From Flavobacteriales bacterium (lineage in GTDB: Bacteria > Bacteroidota > Bacteroidia > Flavobacteriales_D > CALLUQ01): 64,000 bases of DNA. A program made the translations under genes and the position numbers. The DNA lies in NCBI GenBank assembly GCA_963669295.1, contig OY769938.1, forward strand, positions 722,792 through 786,791. Direction: 5' to 3'. The notes beneath the pieces are model-generated. The model made no database searches, had not been told where the DNA came from, and worked only from the letters and a program-made list of their open reading frames with translations. Positions 1 to 10,628 of the stretch are shown here, in pieces (the stretch's first letter is position 1; each line of letters begins with the position of its first letter).

Positions 1-453
1 ATTGCGCTTTACTTTGGTATTCAGGCGCTCAAAGAAGCAAATGAGCCCATCGAATATCAACGATTAGGTGGTATCGTTACCCACCACGAATGTGTAATCG
101 ACACCATAAAAGCCAACGGATACCTTTCAGGGTTTCAAATGGAATATCGTTTTAAACTATCTACTTACGAGCACCCATTTGTTATCGAAAATAAATTCGA
201 CAAACAAAAGCTACAAGAGGGATTCCTCCATGCTAAACGCATTGACGTAGAATTGTTAAAAGGATGGAGAGAAAAAGACCAACCAGAAGTACAGCAAGTT
301 TATGCCGATGGCTTCCCATTACTTAAAGCCAAAGAAGCGCGATCAAAAACCGGGGCATACATTATACTGTCAATTGGCATCGTACTTAGCCTGGGATTTT
401 CTTTAGCTGTTTTTCTCCTGGTACGCGACTGGAAAACGGTTTGGCGTGAATAA
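1..453 (+). CDS. hypothetical membrane protein, 5-prime end probably outside the window
   Basis: Frame 1 is open from base 1 into the listed ORF 139..453, so the gene likely starts left of the window. C-terminal hydrophobic helix AYIILSIGIVLSLGFSLAVFLLV. No family recognised. Confidence 0.4.
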   Translation: MALYFGIQALKEANEPIEYQRLGGIVTHHECVIDTIKANGYLSGFQMEYRFKLSTYEHPFVIENKFDKQKLQEGFLHAKRIDVELLKGWREKDQPEVQQVYADGFPLLKAKEARSKTGAYIILSIGIVLSLGFSLAVFLLVRDWKTVWRE

Positions 454-469
454 TCCTTAACTTTCCCCT

Positions 470-901
470 ATGAACAAAATCAGTATTGCCCTACTTACCA
501 TTTTATGGAGCAGTTGTAGCACAACTACTCCTGTAAACAATGTTGAAAATGATCATTCGGTAATCATTACCAATTACACCCAATTCAAAAAACATGAAGG
601 CAAGGAGGTTACCTTAACAGGCACTTACAAAGAATTGAATGTCAACAAGCGGCCTGGTGGTAAGCCCTCATACATTGGCCGAGCCTATATCCAACTTACT
701 GATAGCGCTGCAGTATTGCTGGAAACAGACGAAAAAGGTTACCGTACTGATGAAGAGATTGCCCACATGAAAGGAAGAATTGTGGAGGTAACAGGCACCA
801 TTAACGATCATTGCAATGCCTGGGGGAATGGCGATATGGCCACCATTGTTGCACCATGCATTACCGGGTTAAAAGGCCTTCAATTGGCGGAAGATAAATA
901 A
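470..901 (+). CDS. hypothetical lipoprotein
   Basis: N-terminal signal peptide ending in the lipobox-like LWSSCS. Starts 16 nt after the upstream stop. No family recognised. Confidence 0.5.
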   Translation: MNKISIALLTILWSSCSTTTPVNNVENDHSVIITNYTQFKKHEGKEVTLTGTYKELNVNKRPGGKPSYIGRAYIQLTDSAAVLLETDEKGYRTDEEIAHMKGRIVEVTGTINDHCNAWGNGDMATIVAPCITGLKGLQLAEDK

Positions 902-962
902 CTGTCCATTCGCATCTTTTTCCACCATACTTGTAGTACCTTTACCTCGCTAAAAGTATAGC

Positions 963-1631
963 ATGAAATTGAAATCGGAACTTATTCGAAACTTACTTTT
1001 GCTCCTTGTTGGGGTAATAGGGATTGTAGTAGGGTATAGCATTTTAAAGCCTGAGGAAAAATTACCCATATTCAGCCCTGCCGATCTCAACCCCGAATTG
1101 GTGGATGTTGAACAACGGGGCATTACTCGAAAACACCGAATAGCCGATTTTTCACTAACCAACCAATTGGGAAATGAAGTGACTGCGGCCAACTTTGAAG
1201 GTAAAATTTATGTGGCCGATTTCTTTTTTACCACCTGCCCAACCATCTGCCCTAAAATGACCAAGCAAATGCAACGGGCCGCTGAAGAGTTTGCCAACGA
1301 TACTGAAATCATGTTTTTGTCGCACAGCGTTACCCCTCAAATAGATTCCGTACCCATACTGGCCAATTATGCCGAACGCTATCAGGTCAATCCAGAACAA
1401 TGGTTATTGGTAACTGGCGATAAAAAGCACATTTATGAATTGGCCCGTAAATCTTATTTTGCTGTTACCACAAAAGGCGATGGAGGCGAAGATGATTTTA
1501 TTCATACAGAGAACTTTGTGCTGGTAGATAAAGACAAGCGCATCAGGGGTTATTATGATGGCACTTCGCCTGAAGACGTTAATCGAATGATTGATGAAAT
1601 AAGAATATTGAAGGAGGAATACGCCCAGTAA
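963..1631 (+). CDS. SCO1/SenC family copper chaperone (thioredoxin fold)
   Basis: N-terminal TM anchor. CxxxC motif FFFTTCPTICP and a downstream conserved His (FIHTENFVLVD), both typical of the SCO family. Confidence 0.85.
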   Translation: MKLKSELIRNLLLLLVGVIGIVVGYSILKPEEKLPIFSPADLNPELVDVEQRGITRKHRIADFSLTNQLGNEVTAANFEGKIYVADFFFTTCPTICPKMTKQMQRAAEEFANDTEIMFLSHSVTPQIDSVPILANYAERYQVNPEQWLLVTGDKKHIYELARKSYFAVTTKGDGGEDDFIHTENFVLVDKDKRIRGYYDGTSPEDVNRMIDEIRILKEEYAQ

Positions 1632-3490
1632 TGAATTATCTCTCTGTAGAAAATATCACCAAATCGTATGCCGACAAGGTGCTATTTAACCAAATTACCT
1701 TTGGCATAGAAAAAGGGCAAAAAGTAGCATTGGTGGCTAAAAATGGCACAGGAAAAACATCGTTACTCAACATCATTACTGGCAATGACGTACCAGAGGA
1801 AGGCACCGTTACCTTACGCAAAGAAATCACGGTTGGTTTCCTTAACCAGGAAAGTAATTTTGATGAAAATGCTACCGTATCTGATGTTGTGTTCAACTCC
1901 GACAACCCCATCTTAAATGTTATTCGGCATTACGAAGAGTGCGTACAAAAAAACGATGCTGAACAATTGCAAGAAGCCTTTGAACAAATGGATCGGTTAG
2001 AGGCCTGGGACTACGAGGTGAAGGTTAAACAGATTTTGGGCAAGTTAAAAGTAGAAGCACCCGAACGAAAAATCGGTACTCTATCAGGTGGACAGAAAAA
2101 AAGATTGGCACTGGCCAAAGTACTGATTGAAGAACCTGATCTTTTTATTCTTGACGAACCTACTAATCACCTCGACTTTGAAATGATTGAGTGGTTAGAA
2201 CACTACCTTGAGCAACCGCACATCACCCTTTTCATGGTCACCCACGACCGGTACTTTCTCGACCGGGTGTGTAATGAAATCATTGAATTGGAAGATGAAC
2301 AACTCTTTAAGTACAAGGGCAACTACTCTTATTACTTGCAAAAGCGGGCCGAACGTATAGAAGTAGCCCGTAGCGAAGTAGACAAGGCGAAAAACCTATT
2401 TAGAAAAGAGTTGGAATGGGTACGCAGGCAACCCAAAGCACGTGGTACCAAGGCCAAATATCGTGTAGACGCCTTTCAAGACGTTAAGGAAAAAGCGCAT
2501 CAAAATCTTGAAGAACAGCACGTGAAGCTGGAAATCAACATGAATCGATTGGGAAGTAAGATTCTCGAGCTTCACAACATCAAAAAAAGATTTGGTGATG
2601 TTCCAATACTCAACAATTTCAAGTACATCTTTAAGCGCAAAGAACGCATTGGCATTGTAGGAAAAAATGGGGTGGGGAAAACTACGTTTCTCAATCTCAT
2701 CATGGGATTAGAGCAGCCTGACGGTGGAAAAATCGTTACTGGAGAAACAGTAGTGTTTGGCTACTACTCACAAGAAGGAATTCAGTTAAAAGAAGGAAAA
2801 CGGGTGATTGAAGTGGTGAAAGACATTGCAGAAGTCATCCCCCTTACAAAAGGAAAAAAACTCTCTGCTGCTCAATTGCTGGAAAGGTTTCTATTCTCTC
2901 GTGAAAAGCAATACCAATATGTATCGAAGCTAAGTGGTGGTGAAAAAAGGCGGCTGTACCTGCTTACCCTTTTCATGAAAAACCCCAACTTTCTTATCCT
3001 CGATGAGCCTACCAACGATCTAGATATTGTTACCCTTAATATACTTGAAGATTTCCTTGAAGACTTTCCCGGTTGTTTACTTATCGTATCGCACGACAGG
3101 CACTTTATGGATAAGCTTGTAGATCACTTATTTGTGTTTGAGGGAGAAGGAGAAGTGAAAGACTTTATTGGCAATTACTCTGACTACAGAGAATACCAAA
3201 AACAAAAAGATCAGGCAGCACGGCAAACAGAAAAAGCCGTAAAAGAAAAAACACAGCCTAAAGCTCCTAAAGAAAAAACCAAACTTTCCTACAAAGAAAA
3301 GCTGGAATTCGAACAGTTGGAAAAAGACATCGAATCGTTAGAGTTACGCAAAGCTGAAATTACCAATCTATTGAACTCAGGCACATTAGCTGGCGATGAA
3401 TTGCAAGAATTGTCTGTTGAATTTGCTGCACTTCAAGAACAGCTTGAAACCAAATCCGACCGTTGGCTCGAGCTTTCTGAATGGGTGTAA
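1631..3490 (+). CDS. ABC-F family ATPase (two ABC cassettes, no TM domain, charged C-terminal coiled coil)
   Basis: Two cassettes: Walker A AKNGTGKTS and GKNGVGKTT; signatures LSGGQKKRL and LSGGEKRRL; Walker B LFILDEPTNHLD and FLILDEPTNDLD. The start overlaps the SCO1 stop (TAATG). Confidence 0.9.
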   Translation: MNYLSVENITKSYADKVLFNQITFGIEKGQKVALVAKNGTGKTSLLNIITGNDVPEEGTVTLRKEITVGFLNQESNFDENATVSDVVFNSDNPILNVIRHYEECVQKNDAEQLQEAFEQMDRLEAWDYEVKVKQILGKLKVEAPERKIGTLSGGQKKRLALAKVLIEEPDLFILDEPTNHLDFEMIEWLEHYLEQPHITLFMVTHDRYFLDRVCNEIIELEDEQLFKYKGNYSYYLQKRAERIEVARSEVDKAKNLFRKELEWVRRQPKARGTKAKYRVDAFQDVKEKAHQNLEEQHVKLEINMNRLGSKILELHNIKKRFGDVPILNNFKYIFKRKERIGIVGKNGVGKTTFLNLIMGLEQPDGGKIVTGETVVFGYYSQEGIQLKEGKRVIEVVKDIAEVIPLTKGKKLSAAQLLERFLFSREKQYQYVSKLSGGEKRRLYLLTLFMKNPNFLILDEPTNDLDIVTLNILEDFLEDFPGCLLIVSHDRHFMDKLVDHLFVFEGEGEVKDFIGNYSDYREYQKQKDQAARQTEKAVKEKTQPKAPKEKTKLSYKEKLEFEQLEKDIESLELRKAEITNLLNSGTLAGDELQELSVEFAALQEQLETKSDRWLELSEWV

Positions 3491-3557
3491 CCTCCCCCCT
3501 CTTTCTACTTCTTTCAATTTTGCTATATTTAGTTGGTGTTAATTGAATAAGCGTCTT

Positions 3558-5510
3558 ATGAAACCTTCATTTAGAGAGAAACTTCGATACAAGTTCGAAC
3601 GTTTTATGGCCAAAGGTGGAGCCTCCATCTTTGTGAGCTTGGTGATTTTATTTGCTGTATGTTTTGTGTTTGCTATTGGCATTCGTTGGGTCATTATGGC
3701 GTTTGCTCCCGACTTTGACATGAGCGATGGTTTTTCTACCCATATCTGGCGCACTTTTTTGGAAATGACCGACCCGGGTAATATGAACCAGGACAATGCT
3801 TCTCCTACTGTAGTGAAGCTCTCCACCATTATTTCCGGAATTATTGGGGTAGTCATCTTCTCGATGCTTATTGCATTCATCACTGCCTTTCTCGAAAAAA
3901 CGCTGTATGAATTCAGGAAAGGAGCCGGCAAGGTATTGGAGTTTGAACAAACGCTAATCCTGGGATGGAACGAACGGGTTATTGATATCATTCTCGAACT
4001 TATTATAGCCAATGAAAGTGAGAAAAAGGCCAGCATTGTTATCCTGGCCAATCATCCTAAAGAAGATATGGATGATACCATTACTAAGTACATTACCGAC
4101 CCTCAAACCACTTCCATCATTACCACCTCTGGTAACCCCACTTCATTAACCGAATTAAGGCGAATCAATGCTCAAGAGGCGAAATCGGTCATTGTATTGG
4201 CCAGTTGTTCAGACAGTGCCTCAAACGAAGCAAAAATACTCTCCGACACACAATCTATCATGGTGATTATGGCCCTGGTAGCTTGTCAGGGAGGAGAAAA
4301 CGAATTGCCCATCATTGCTGAAGTGTTCAACCAGGACAAACGCGATATCGTTGCCTCTTTCGAAGACGAAAACATCATTTCCATTGATAGCTGGGACATC
4401 ATGGGGAAACTGTTGGTGCAAACCTCTTTAACTAGCGGACTGGAAATGGTTTACAACGAAGTACTATCGTTCGATGGCAGTGAAGTATATTTTTACCAAC
4501 CGGATAATGGGTGGAACAACACGAACTTTTACGACTTGCCATTTCACTTTATAGATGGCATTCCTTTGGGAATACACAAAGCCAATGGCGACCTGTTGTT
4601 ACGCCCTCCTACCGACACTCTTATGGAAGACGACGATGAAATCCTCATCCTGGCCGAAGATGATTCTACCATCGACTTTAACAAAACCAGGTTGTTCCAA
4701 GTAAAAGACTTTAAGTATGAGGAAAAAAAGCTTGAGCCTACCTCTAAAAGAACATTGGTACTGGGGTGGCACGACGTTGCAAAAATCTTCATTCGAGAAG
4801 CCGATGATTACTTGTTGGAAGGATCATCTTTCGACATTATGTTCCATGAGCCTTCTGATGAAATCATGGAGAAAATAGATGCATTGAAAGCAGCACACGA
4901 TGACCTGGTGATTAACCATGTAAATGAAAGCCCTTTACACATGGATTACCTCATCTCCATGAACCCTTTTACCTACGATAACATCATCATCCTATCACAA
5001 GATTCAGGAGAACAGTCCGCTGAGAAAGTAGATTCTGATACCTTAATGATTTTGTTGATGCTACGAAAAGTTGCTCGAGAAAAAGAAATCACCAACCACC
5101 ATACCAAAATCATTACTCAAATTCTTAACTCCGAGAATCAAGACCTCATCATTCAAACCGATGTTGATGACTTCATCATTAGTAACAAGCTCATAACAAT
5201 GATTCTTGCACAGTTAAGCGAAGCTCCAGAAATCAAAAAACTGTACGACGATATCTTTGAAGAAGACGGCAGTGAGATTTACGTGAAACCCACATCTCTT
5301 TACTTTACTGAATTCCCGGTTCAACTTTCTTTTGCCGATGTAATGGCCACTGCCAACAAACGGGATGAAATTTGCCTTGGCATACGTTTGGGCAACAAAA
5401 CCAAAAATCCTGACGAGAACTTTGGGGTTATCCTCAACCTGCCTAAAGACAAATCGATTACGTTGAATGAAAATGATTACCTGGTAGTATTGGCAGAAGA
5501 CGAACTGTAA
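3558..5510 (+). CDS. CASTOR/POLLUX-like putative ion-channel protein with tandem RCK/TrkA-N-like domains
   Basis: N-terminal TM helices, then two Rossmann-like starts (TLILGWNERV and TLVLGWHDV) as in CASTOR/POLLUX-related channels. ATG 3558 is preferred over the TTG at 3543. Confidence 0.6.
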   Translation: MKPSFREKLRYKFERFMAKGGASIFVSLVILFAVCFVFAIGIRWVIMAFAPDFDMSDGFSTHIWRTFLEMTDPGNMNQDNASPTVVKLSTIISGIIGVVIFSMLIAFITAFLEKTLYEFRKGAGKVLEFEQTLILGWNERVIDIILELIIANESEKKASIVILANHPKEDMDDTITKYITDPQTTSIITTSGNPTSLTELRRINAQEAKSVIVLASCSDSASNEAKILSDTQSIMVIMALVACQGGENELPIIAEVFNQDKRDIVASFEDENIISIDSWDIMGKLLVQTSLTSGLEMVYNEVLSFDGSEVYFYQPDNGWNNTNFYDLPFHFIDGIPLGIHKANGDLLLRPPTDTLMEDDDEILILAEDDSTIDFNKTRLFQVKDFKYEEKKLEPTSKRTLVLGWHDVAKIFIREADDYLLEGSSFDIMFHEPSDEIMEKIDALKAAHDDLVINHVNESPLHMDYLISMNPFTYDNIIILSQDSGEQSAEKVDSDTLMILLMLRKVAREKEITNHHTKIITQILNSENQDLIIQTDVDDFIISNKLITMILAQLSEAPEIKKLYDDIFEEDGSEIYVKPTSLYFTEFPVQLSFADVMATANKRDEICLGIRLGNKTKNPDENFGVILNLPKDKSITLNENDYLVVLAEDEL

Positions 5511-5653
5511 TACTGCAAAGGTGTTGGACTTACAATAATTAGCACAATTAGTATTGCTATACTTCAACGCTTTGTAGTATGTTTATTGCACCTAACCGTA
5601 CCTAATGCATGCTTTTTCTTGCAAAAGAATGGCGTGCTACTAAAACTGCTGAC

Positions 5654-8600
5654 ATGAAAACGCGCCACTTTTTTCTCCTGGTTATTCTATGTGTATTTGC
5701 CATCAATGCCTCCGCACAAACCAACGAACATTGGGGAGACCTAATGAATCAACCTGGGGTTAACTTTTACGAAAAGCAAGCGCAATTCAACCAATATTGG
5801 GAAGGTAAAGCAGTAGTAAAAGGAAACGGTTGGAAACAATTTAAACGTTGGGAAAACAAATGGGAGCCACGCCTCTACCCTACCGGAAAGTTCCCTGAGC
5901 ATTACAACTGGTTAAACGAAACCAGTTTCTTTCGCGATGAACATCGCGGTGGTGGAGCCGACTCAGCCGATTGGTCGCCAATGGGGCCGGAGCAGTTTTC
6001 TGGTAATCCCTCTTACACCAACGAACATGGGCGCATCAACACCATCGTACAAGATCCTTCCGATACCAGCACCTTGTATGTAGGCACACCTGCTGGTGGG
6101 CTTTGGAAAACTACCGATGGGGGGAGCAGTTGGACCCCATTAACCGATTGGTTTGCTGCCATAGGGGTATCGGCCATTGCTGTTGATCCCAACGACCCTA
6201 ACACTATTTATGTAGGTACAGGCGATAGCGATGCAGGAGATACCCCAAGCATTGGTGTGATGAAATCTACCGATGGTGGTTTAACGTGGAACCCAACAGG
6301 GCTTACTTATACCGTAGATCAAGGCATAGACTCTAAAAAGTTGATGTTTCACCCCACCAATAACAACATCTTGTTTTTGGCTTCAAATGATGGGTTATTG
6401 AAAACTACGGATGGTGGAAATACCTGGACCACTGTTATTACTTTAGGCATTTACGATTTTGAGTTCCACCCCACCAATCCCGACACCATGTATGCTGTAG
6501 GTGGTGGAACGTATTATAAATCTGTTGATGGGGGAAACAACTTTGGTATTCTTGGGAATGGCTTGCCAACTTCCTTTGATGTGAACCGTTACTTCATTGC
6601 TGTATCAGCTGCAGCCCCCGACAATGTGTATATATTGGCCAACAACAACGACTACTCCTACAAAGGATTGTACCGCTCAACCGATGCAGGTGTTTCCTTT
6701 TCACAAATGTCGAACTCACCCAACATCTTTTCGTGGGCAAGCGATGGTTCAGGAAGCGGAGGGCAGTCGTGGTACGACATGGCATTAGCGGTGAATCCCT
6801 ACAACCCCGACGAGATTTTTGTTGGAGGCGTAAATGTATGGAGGTCACTGGATGGTGGACAAAGTTGGACCATACAGGGTCACTGGTGGGGCGATAACGC
6901 ACCTTACGTACATGCCGACATTCATTACCTTGTTTTCTTTGATAGTGTGCTGTATTGCGGCAACGATGGCGGCATTGTGAAAACTTACGACCGCGACACC
7001 ATTTGGTTTGACCTGAGCGATGGCTTAAACATCTCACAATACTATGGACTTGGAGGCAGCCCACAAACACCCGGGTTTATTATGGCCGGGGCTCAAGACA
7101 ATGGCACCGACTTTTTCGATGGCTCGGAATGGCACCACTGGTCGGGAGGCGATGGCATGGATACCCACATCGATTATTCCAACGATGACATTCGATACAT
7201 TTCTGGCTATGGAGGACACATGGCACGGTTTGAAAACAATGGGAACGATTATTACGACATTAGGGCTACTTCAAACGAATCAGCTTCCTGGGTCATTCCA
7301 TATCAATTAGACCCTTCCGATCCTCAAACACTTTATGCTGGCTATCGCAACGTATGGAAAACACAAAACAAAGGAGCCAGTTGGCAAAAGATTTCCAATC
7401 TTCCTATAAGTGTAGTACTTAACTGCTTGTTTGTAGCTCCTTCTAACAACGATTACATCTATGTAAGTGATGGCAGCTTGATGTGGATGACTTCCGATCA
7501 TGGAACCAATTGGCAGCAGGTTAACAGTGGCCTGCCTAACCTCAGCATCACTTCTATCGCTGCACATCACAACAATCCTCTGGATGTGTATGTTACCTTA
7601 TCTGGATATAATGCTGGTAACAAGGTATATCATAGCACTGATGGAGGAACCAACTGGAGCAACATTACCATGAATCTGCCTAATGTTCCCGCCAATCATA
7701 TTACCATTCAACAAGGAGGCAATGAAGGGCTTTATGTAGGGATGGATGCTGGTGTGTATTACTATGATGATAACCTTGCTGACTGGCAGCCTTTCATGAT
7801 GAACCTTCCCAATGTTATTGTTAACGAATTGGAAATTAACTATGCCATTGATAAAATTCGCGCAGCTACTTTTGGTCGAGGTGTTTGGGAGTCGGATTTG
7901 TATGTTCCTTCTAACCTTGCCCCTCAGGCTAATTTTGTAGTAGACAAAAGCGCAAAGTGCCCTGGAGATTCAATTCAGTTTACAGACATTTCCCTCTTTG
8001 GGGCTACCTCCTGGCAATGGTCATTCCCGGGAGGAACTCCTGCTACTTCCATCGATCAGCATCCAGTAATTAGTTACAGCGTTGGTGGTACCTATACTGC
8101 CTCCCTCATTGTAAATGGAAGCGATACCATTACAAAAACATTTGAAGCAAACATTGGCAACAACCAAATGTTGGTCAACATTTTCACAGACGACTACCCG
8201 GCAGAAACTTCATGGAGCATGAACGATGATGCGGGAATAGAAATGAGTGCCCAACCTGTGGGGGCTTTCCAAAACAATCAATTCCTTTACACCGATACCA
8301 TTTGCTTAATGGATGGATGCTACGACTTTACCATTTTTGATGGATATGGTGACGGCATTTGCTGTAACTACGGACAGGGCTATATCTTGCTCACCAATAT
8401 TTTTGGAGACACCCTGGCATACGAAGGCAATTTTACAGGAAGCAGTCAAACATTCAACTTCTGTCTGCCTTTGGCCACATCCATTGATGATGACCTCACC
8501 ATGATTGACGCCATTCGTGTGTACCCCAATCCGGTGAATGATGAATTGAGTATTGTTGCTCCTTCTTCGCTCAATGGAATACAAGTAGATGTCATCAATG

Positions 8601-8743
8601 CATTAGGACAAACCCTTGAATCAAGAGTTTGTAAAGGAGTACAACGCGAAACATTAAACGTTGCTTCCTTACAGCAAGGCATATACTTTGTGCGTTTAAG
8701 CACTGCTACTTCAACTCGTACGCTGAGGGTAGTGAAAAAATAA
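5654..8743 (+). CDS. secreted BNR/Asp-box repeat (sortilin/VPS10-like beta-propeller) protein with a PKD-like domain and T9SS C-terminal sorting domain
   Basis: Signal peptide MKTRHFFLLVILCVFAINASAQ. At least 7 Asp-boxes (TTDGGSSWT, STDGGLTWN, TTDGGNTWT, SLDGGQSWT, TSDHGTNWQ, STDGGTNWS and others). PKD-like segment FTDISLFGATSWQWSFPGGTP. C-terminal VYPNPVNDELSI...GIYFVRL is typical of a T9SS CTD. Confidence 0.8.
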   Translation: MKTRHFFLLVILCVFAINASAQTNEHWGDLMNQPGVNFYEKQAQFNQYWEGKAVVKGNGWKQFKRWENKWEPRLYPTGKFPEHYNWLNETSFFRDEHRGGGADSADWSPMGPEQFSGNPSYTNEHGRINTIVQDPSDTSTLYVGTPAGGLWKTTDGGSSWTPLTDWFAAIGVSAIAVDPNDPNTIYVGTGDSDAGDTPSIGVMKSTDGGLTWNPTGLTYTVDQGIDSKKLMFHPTNNNILFLASNDGLLKTTDGGNTWTTVITLGIYDFEFHPTNPDTMYAVGGGTYYKSVDGGNNFGILGNGLPTSFDVNRYFIAVSAAAPDNVYILANNNDYSYKGLYRSTDAGVSFSQMSNSPNIFSWASDGSGSGGQSWYDMALAVNPYNPDEIFVGGVNVWRSLDGGQSWTIQGHWWGDNAPYVHADIHYLVFFDSVLYCGNDGGIVKTYDRDTIWFDLSDGLNISQYYGLGGSPQTPGFIMAGAQDNGTDFFDGSEWHHWSGGDGMDTHIDYSNDDIRYISGYGGHMARFENNGNDYYDIRATSNESASWVIPYQLDPSDPQTLYAGYRNVWKTQNKGASWQKISNLPISVVLNCLFVAPSNNDYIYVSDGSLMWMTSDHGTNWQQVNSGLPNLSITSIAAHHNNPLDVYVTLSGYNAGNKVYHSTDGGTNWSNITMNLPNVPANHITIQQGGNEGLYVGMDAGVYYYDDNLADWQPFMMNLPNVIVNELEINYAIDKIRAATFGRGVWESDLYVPSNLAPQANFVVDKSAKCPGDSIQFTDISLFGATSWQWSFPGGTPATSIDQHPVISYSVGGTYTASLIVNGSDTITKTFEANIGNNQMLVNIFTDDYPAETSWSMNDDAGIEMSAQPVGAFQNNQFLYTDTICLMDGCYDFTIFDGYGDGICCNYGQGYILLTNIFGDTLAYEGNFTGSSQTFNFCLPLATSIDDDLTMIDAIRVYPNPVNDELSIVAPSSLNGIQVDVINALGQTLESRVCKGVQRETLNVASLQQGIYFVRLSTATSTRTLRVVKK

Positions 8744-9649
8744 CTACTCTATCATAGGAATCATGCCGCGCAAGCCCATGTCTACCACTGTATCGCCATC
8801 AAGTGGCTCGTAGATGCCATTGGCATTAGCATCGGTCCACTCAAAACTGTTGTTGGTCGACAATGAAATGTTAACAACAATGTCTTCTGTTTCATTTCCA
8901 GTGATGGTGAGTGCTGTTGGAAATTGCCCGGTAACAATGCACGAGCCTTGTGGAATTGGAGAAGTAGCAAATAACGGGTTGGGTACAGTAGTGGCACCTG
9001 GAGGCGCCTGGCCATCTACTACCGTATTGAAAGTACTTTCCTCAAATCCCCAATAACCTTGAAGTTTGTTGGCATTTACTGTAATGCTTTGGGTATTGAT
9101 GGTATAAGCAGAAATGTATGTTTCTGCACCAACAAAAGAAGCTATGGTGCCCTCAAGGTCGAAGCCGTTGGCTCGAAAATCGATGTTGTAGTTTTGATAC
9201 GAAAGAGATACTCGTAACCATTCGTAGGTACCTGGAGTAACCTGTGATAGTGGTATGGTAACAAACACCTCACCATTGTTCACTACGGTTGCTTGATCGT
9301 GATCGATGGCCACATTTCCTCCTGCACTTGTTACAGGTCCTTGATAGGCCACCTCTCCACTGCCCAATGCAGTAAACATATCTGGAGCCATTTCAATGTA
9401 ATTGGCACTTACCCCATTAAACCTGGGAGATTGGGCAGAGTGTCCGGCAGGAATGGTTGCCGGGTTCCCTAAATTATCCAACCTACTTTGTGTAGAGTCG
9501 AGGGTAAATTTAAAAACGAGTGATGCTGCATTGTTGGCACCTCCACTTCCGGCAGGAGTGGTAGTGGTATCATCGTCTTTTTTACATGAGGTTACCACAA
9601 GGCCAAAGGCCAAAGCAGTTACCAGGAATTGAAGGGTTTTTCTTTTCAT
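8744..9649 (-). CDS. hypothetical lipoprotein
   Basis: The ATG at 9649 gives MKRKTLQFLVTALAFGLVVTSCKKDD (lipobox). No family recognised. Confidence 0.55.
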   Translation of the reverse strand: MKRKTLQFLVTALAFGLVVTSCKKDDDTTTTPAGSGGANNAASLVFKFTLDSTQSRLDNLGNPATIPAGHSAQSPRFNGVSANYIEMAPDMFTALGSGEVAYQGPVTSAGGNVAIDHDQATVVNNGEVFVTIPLSQVTPGTYEWLRVSLSYQNYNIDFRANGFDLEGTIASFVGAETYISAYTINTQSITVNANKLQGYWGFEESTFNTVVDGQAPPGATTVPNPLFATSPIPQGSCIVTGQFPTALTITGNETEDIVVNISLSTNNSFEWTDANANGIYEPLDGDTVVDMGLRGMIPMIE

Positions 9650-9744
9650 GAAATGAGAGTTAAGTGGTTGCAATTTAGGGAATTTATCAAAATAGCTGTT
9701 CCTTTTTTAAAGGAATGCGTTATACCATCAGTAAACATAAAAAG

Positions 9745-10581
9745 ATGAAATATACCTTGCTCCTACCCCTACTGGCTTTTACCATGGCATTCACCTGCTA
9801 TGCTTGCGCCACAACATCAACAAACATCGAGCCACATGCTGTAAACGGACACTGGTTACAAACTGGTGCTACGGTAGCAATAGATTTTACACTAGGGGCT
9901 GCGGAAGTACTTCCCTCTTCTGTTTATGCAGTAGATACTGCTGACCTTGCCACTGTAAAAAAGCAATATGGTGTACTTAAGAGTACTATTAAACAACAGC
10001 GGCAACAATTGGCACAACAGTACAACCAGGCCTCTACCGATAGCAGCAAAGCTGTAGCATTACAACAAGCCCGTCAGTACCTACATCAAGTATTGGTGAA
10101 TGATGTATTTCCTACCTGGTATGGTACCGAATGGGATTTTAACGGCTATACCAACCACCCTCGCGATGGACAAATTGCCTGCGGCTACTTTGTATCAACT
10201 ACCCTCAAGCATACCGGTATCAACATCAATCGTTATGATGTTGCTAAACAGTATTCGCACTCCATTGTAAAAACCCTTTGCACTTCCGATAGCATTCAAC
10301 GCATTACTAATTTCGATCAATTGCTCAAGTACTTGAACAATCGTCCTAACGATCTCTACATTGTTGGCTTAGACAGTCATGTGGGCTTCCTTCAAAAATC
10401 AGATGAAGGCATCTTCTTCATTCACTCCAACTACATTGGGCCGGTAGCGGTAGAAAAAGAGCTTGCCACCCAATCAGAAGCCCTGCAATACTCAGAAGTA
10501 TGGGTATTGGGACATTTAATGTCGAACGATGCCTTGATCAAAAAGTGGTTAACAGGCATCTCTATTCCAGTTGTTGAATAA
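9745..10581 (+). CDS. hypothetical secreted protein
   Basis: The internal ATG gives MKYTLLLPLLAFTMAFTCYA, a signal-like N-terminus. No family recognised. Confidence 0.5.
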   Translation: MKYTLLLPLLAFTMAFTCYACATTSTNIEPHAVNGHWLQTGATVAIDFTLGAAEVLPSSVYAVDTADLATVKKQYGVLKSTIKQQRQQLAQQYNQASTDSSKAVALQQARQYLHQVLVNDVFPTWYGTEWDFNGYTNHPRDGQIACGYFVSTTLKHTGININRYDVAKQYSHSIVKTLCTSDSIQRITNFDQLLKYLNNRPNDLYIVGLDSHVGFLQKSDEGIFFIHSNYIGPVAVEKELATQSEALQYSEVWVLGHLMSNDALIKKWLTGISIPVVE

Positions 10582-10628
10582 ACATGTAATGGCATGGTTC
10601 TTGTCGGTGGTTGTAACAAAATTAAAGC

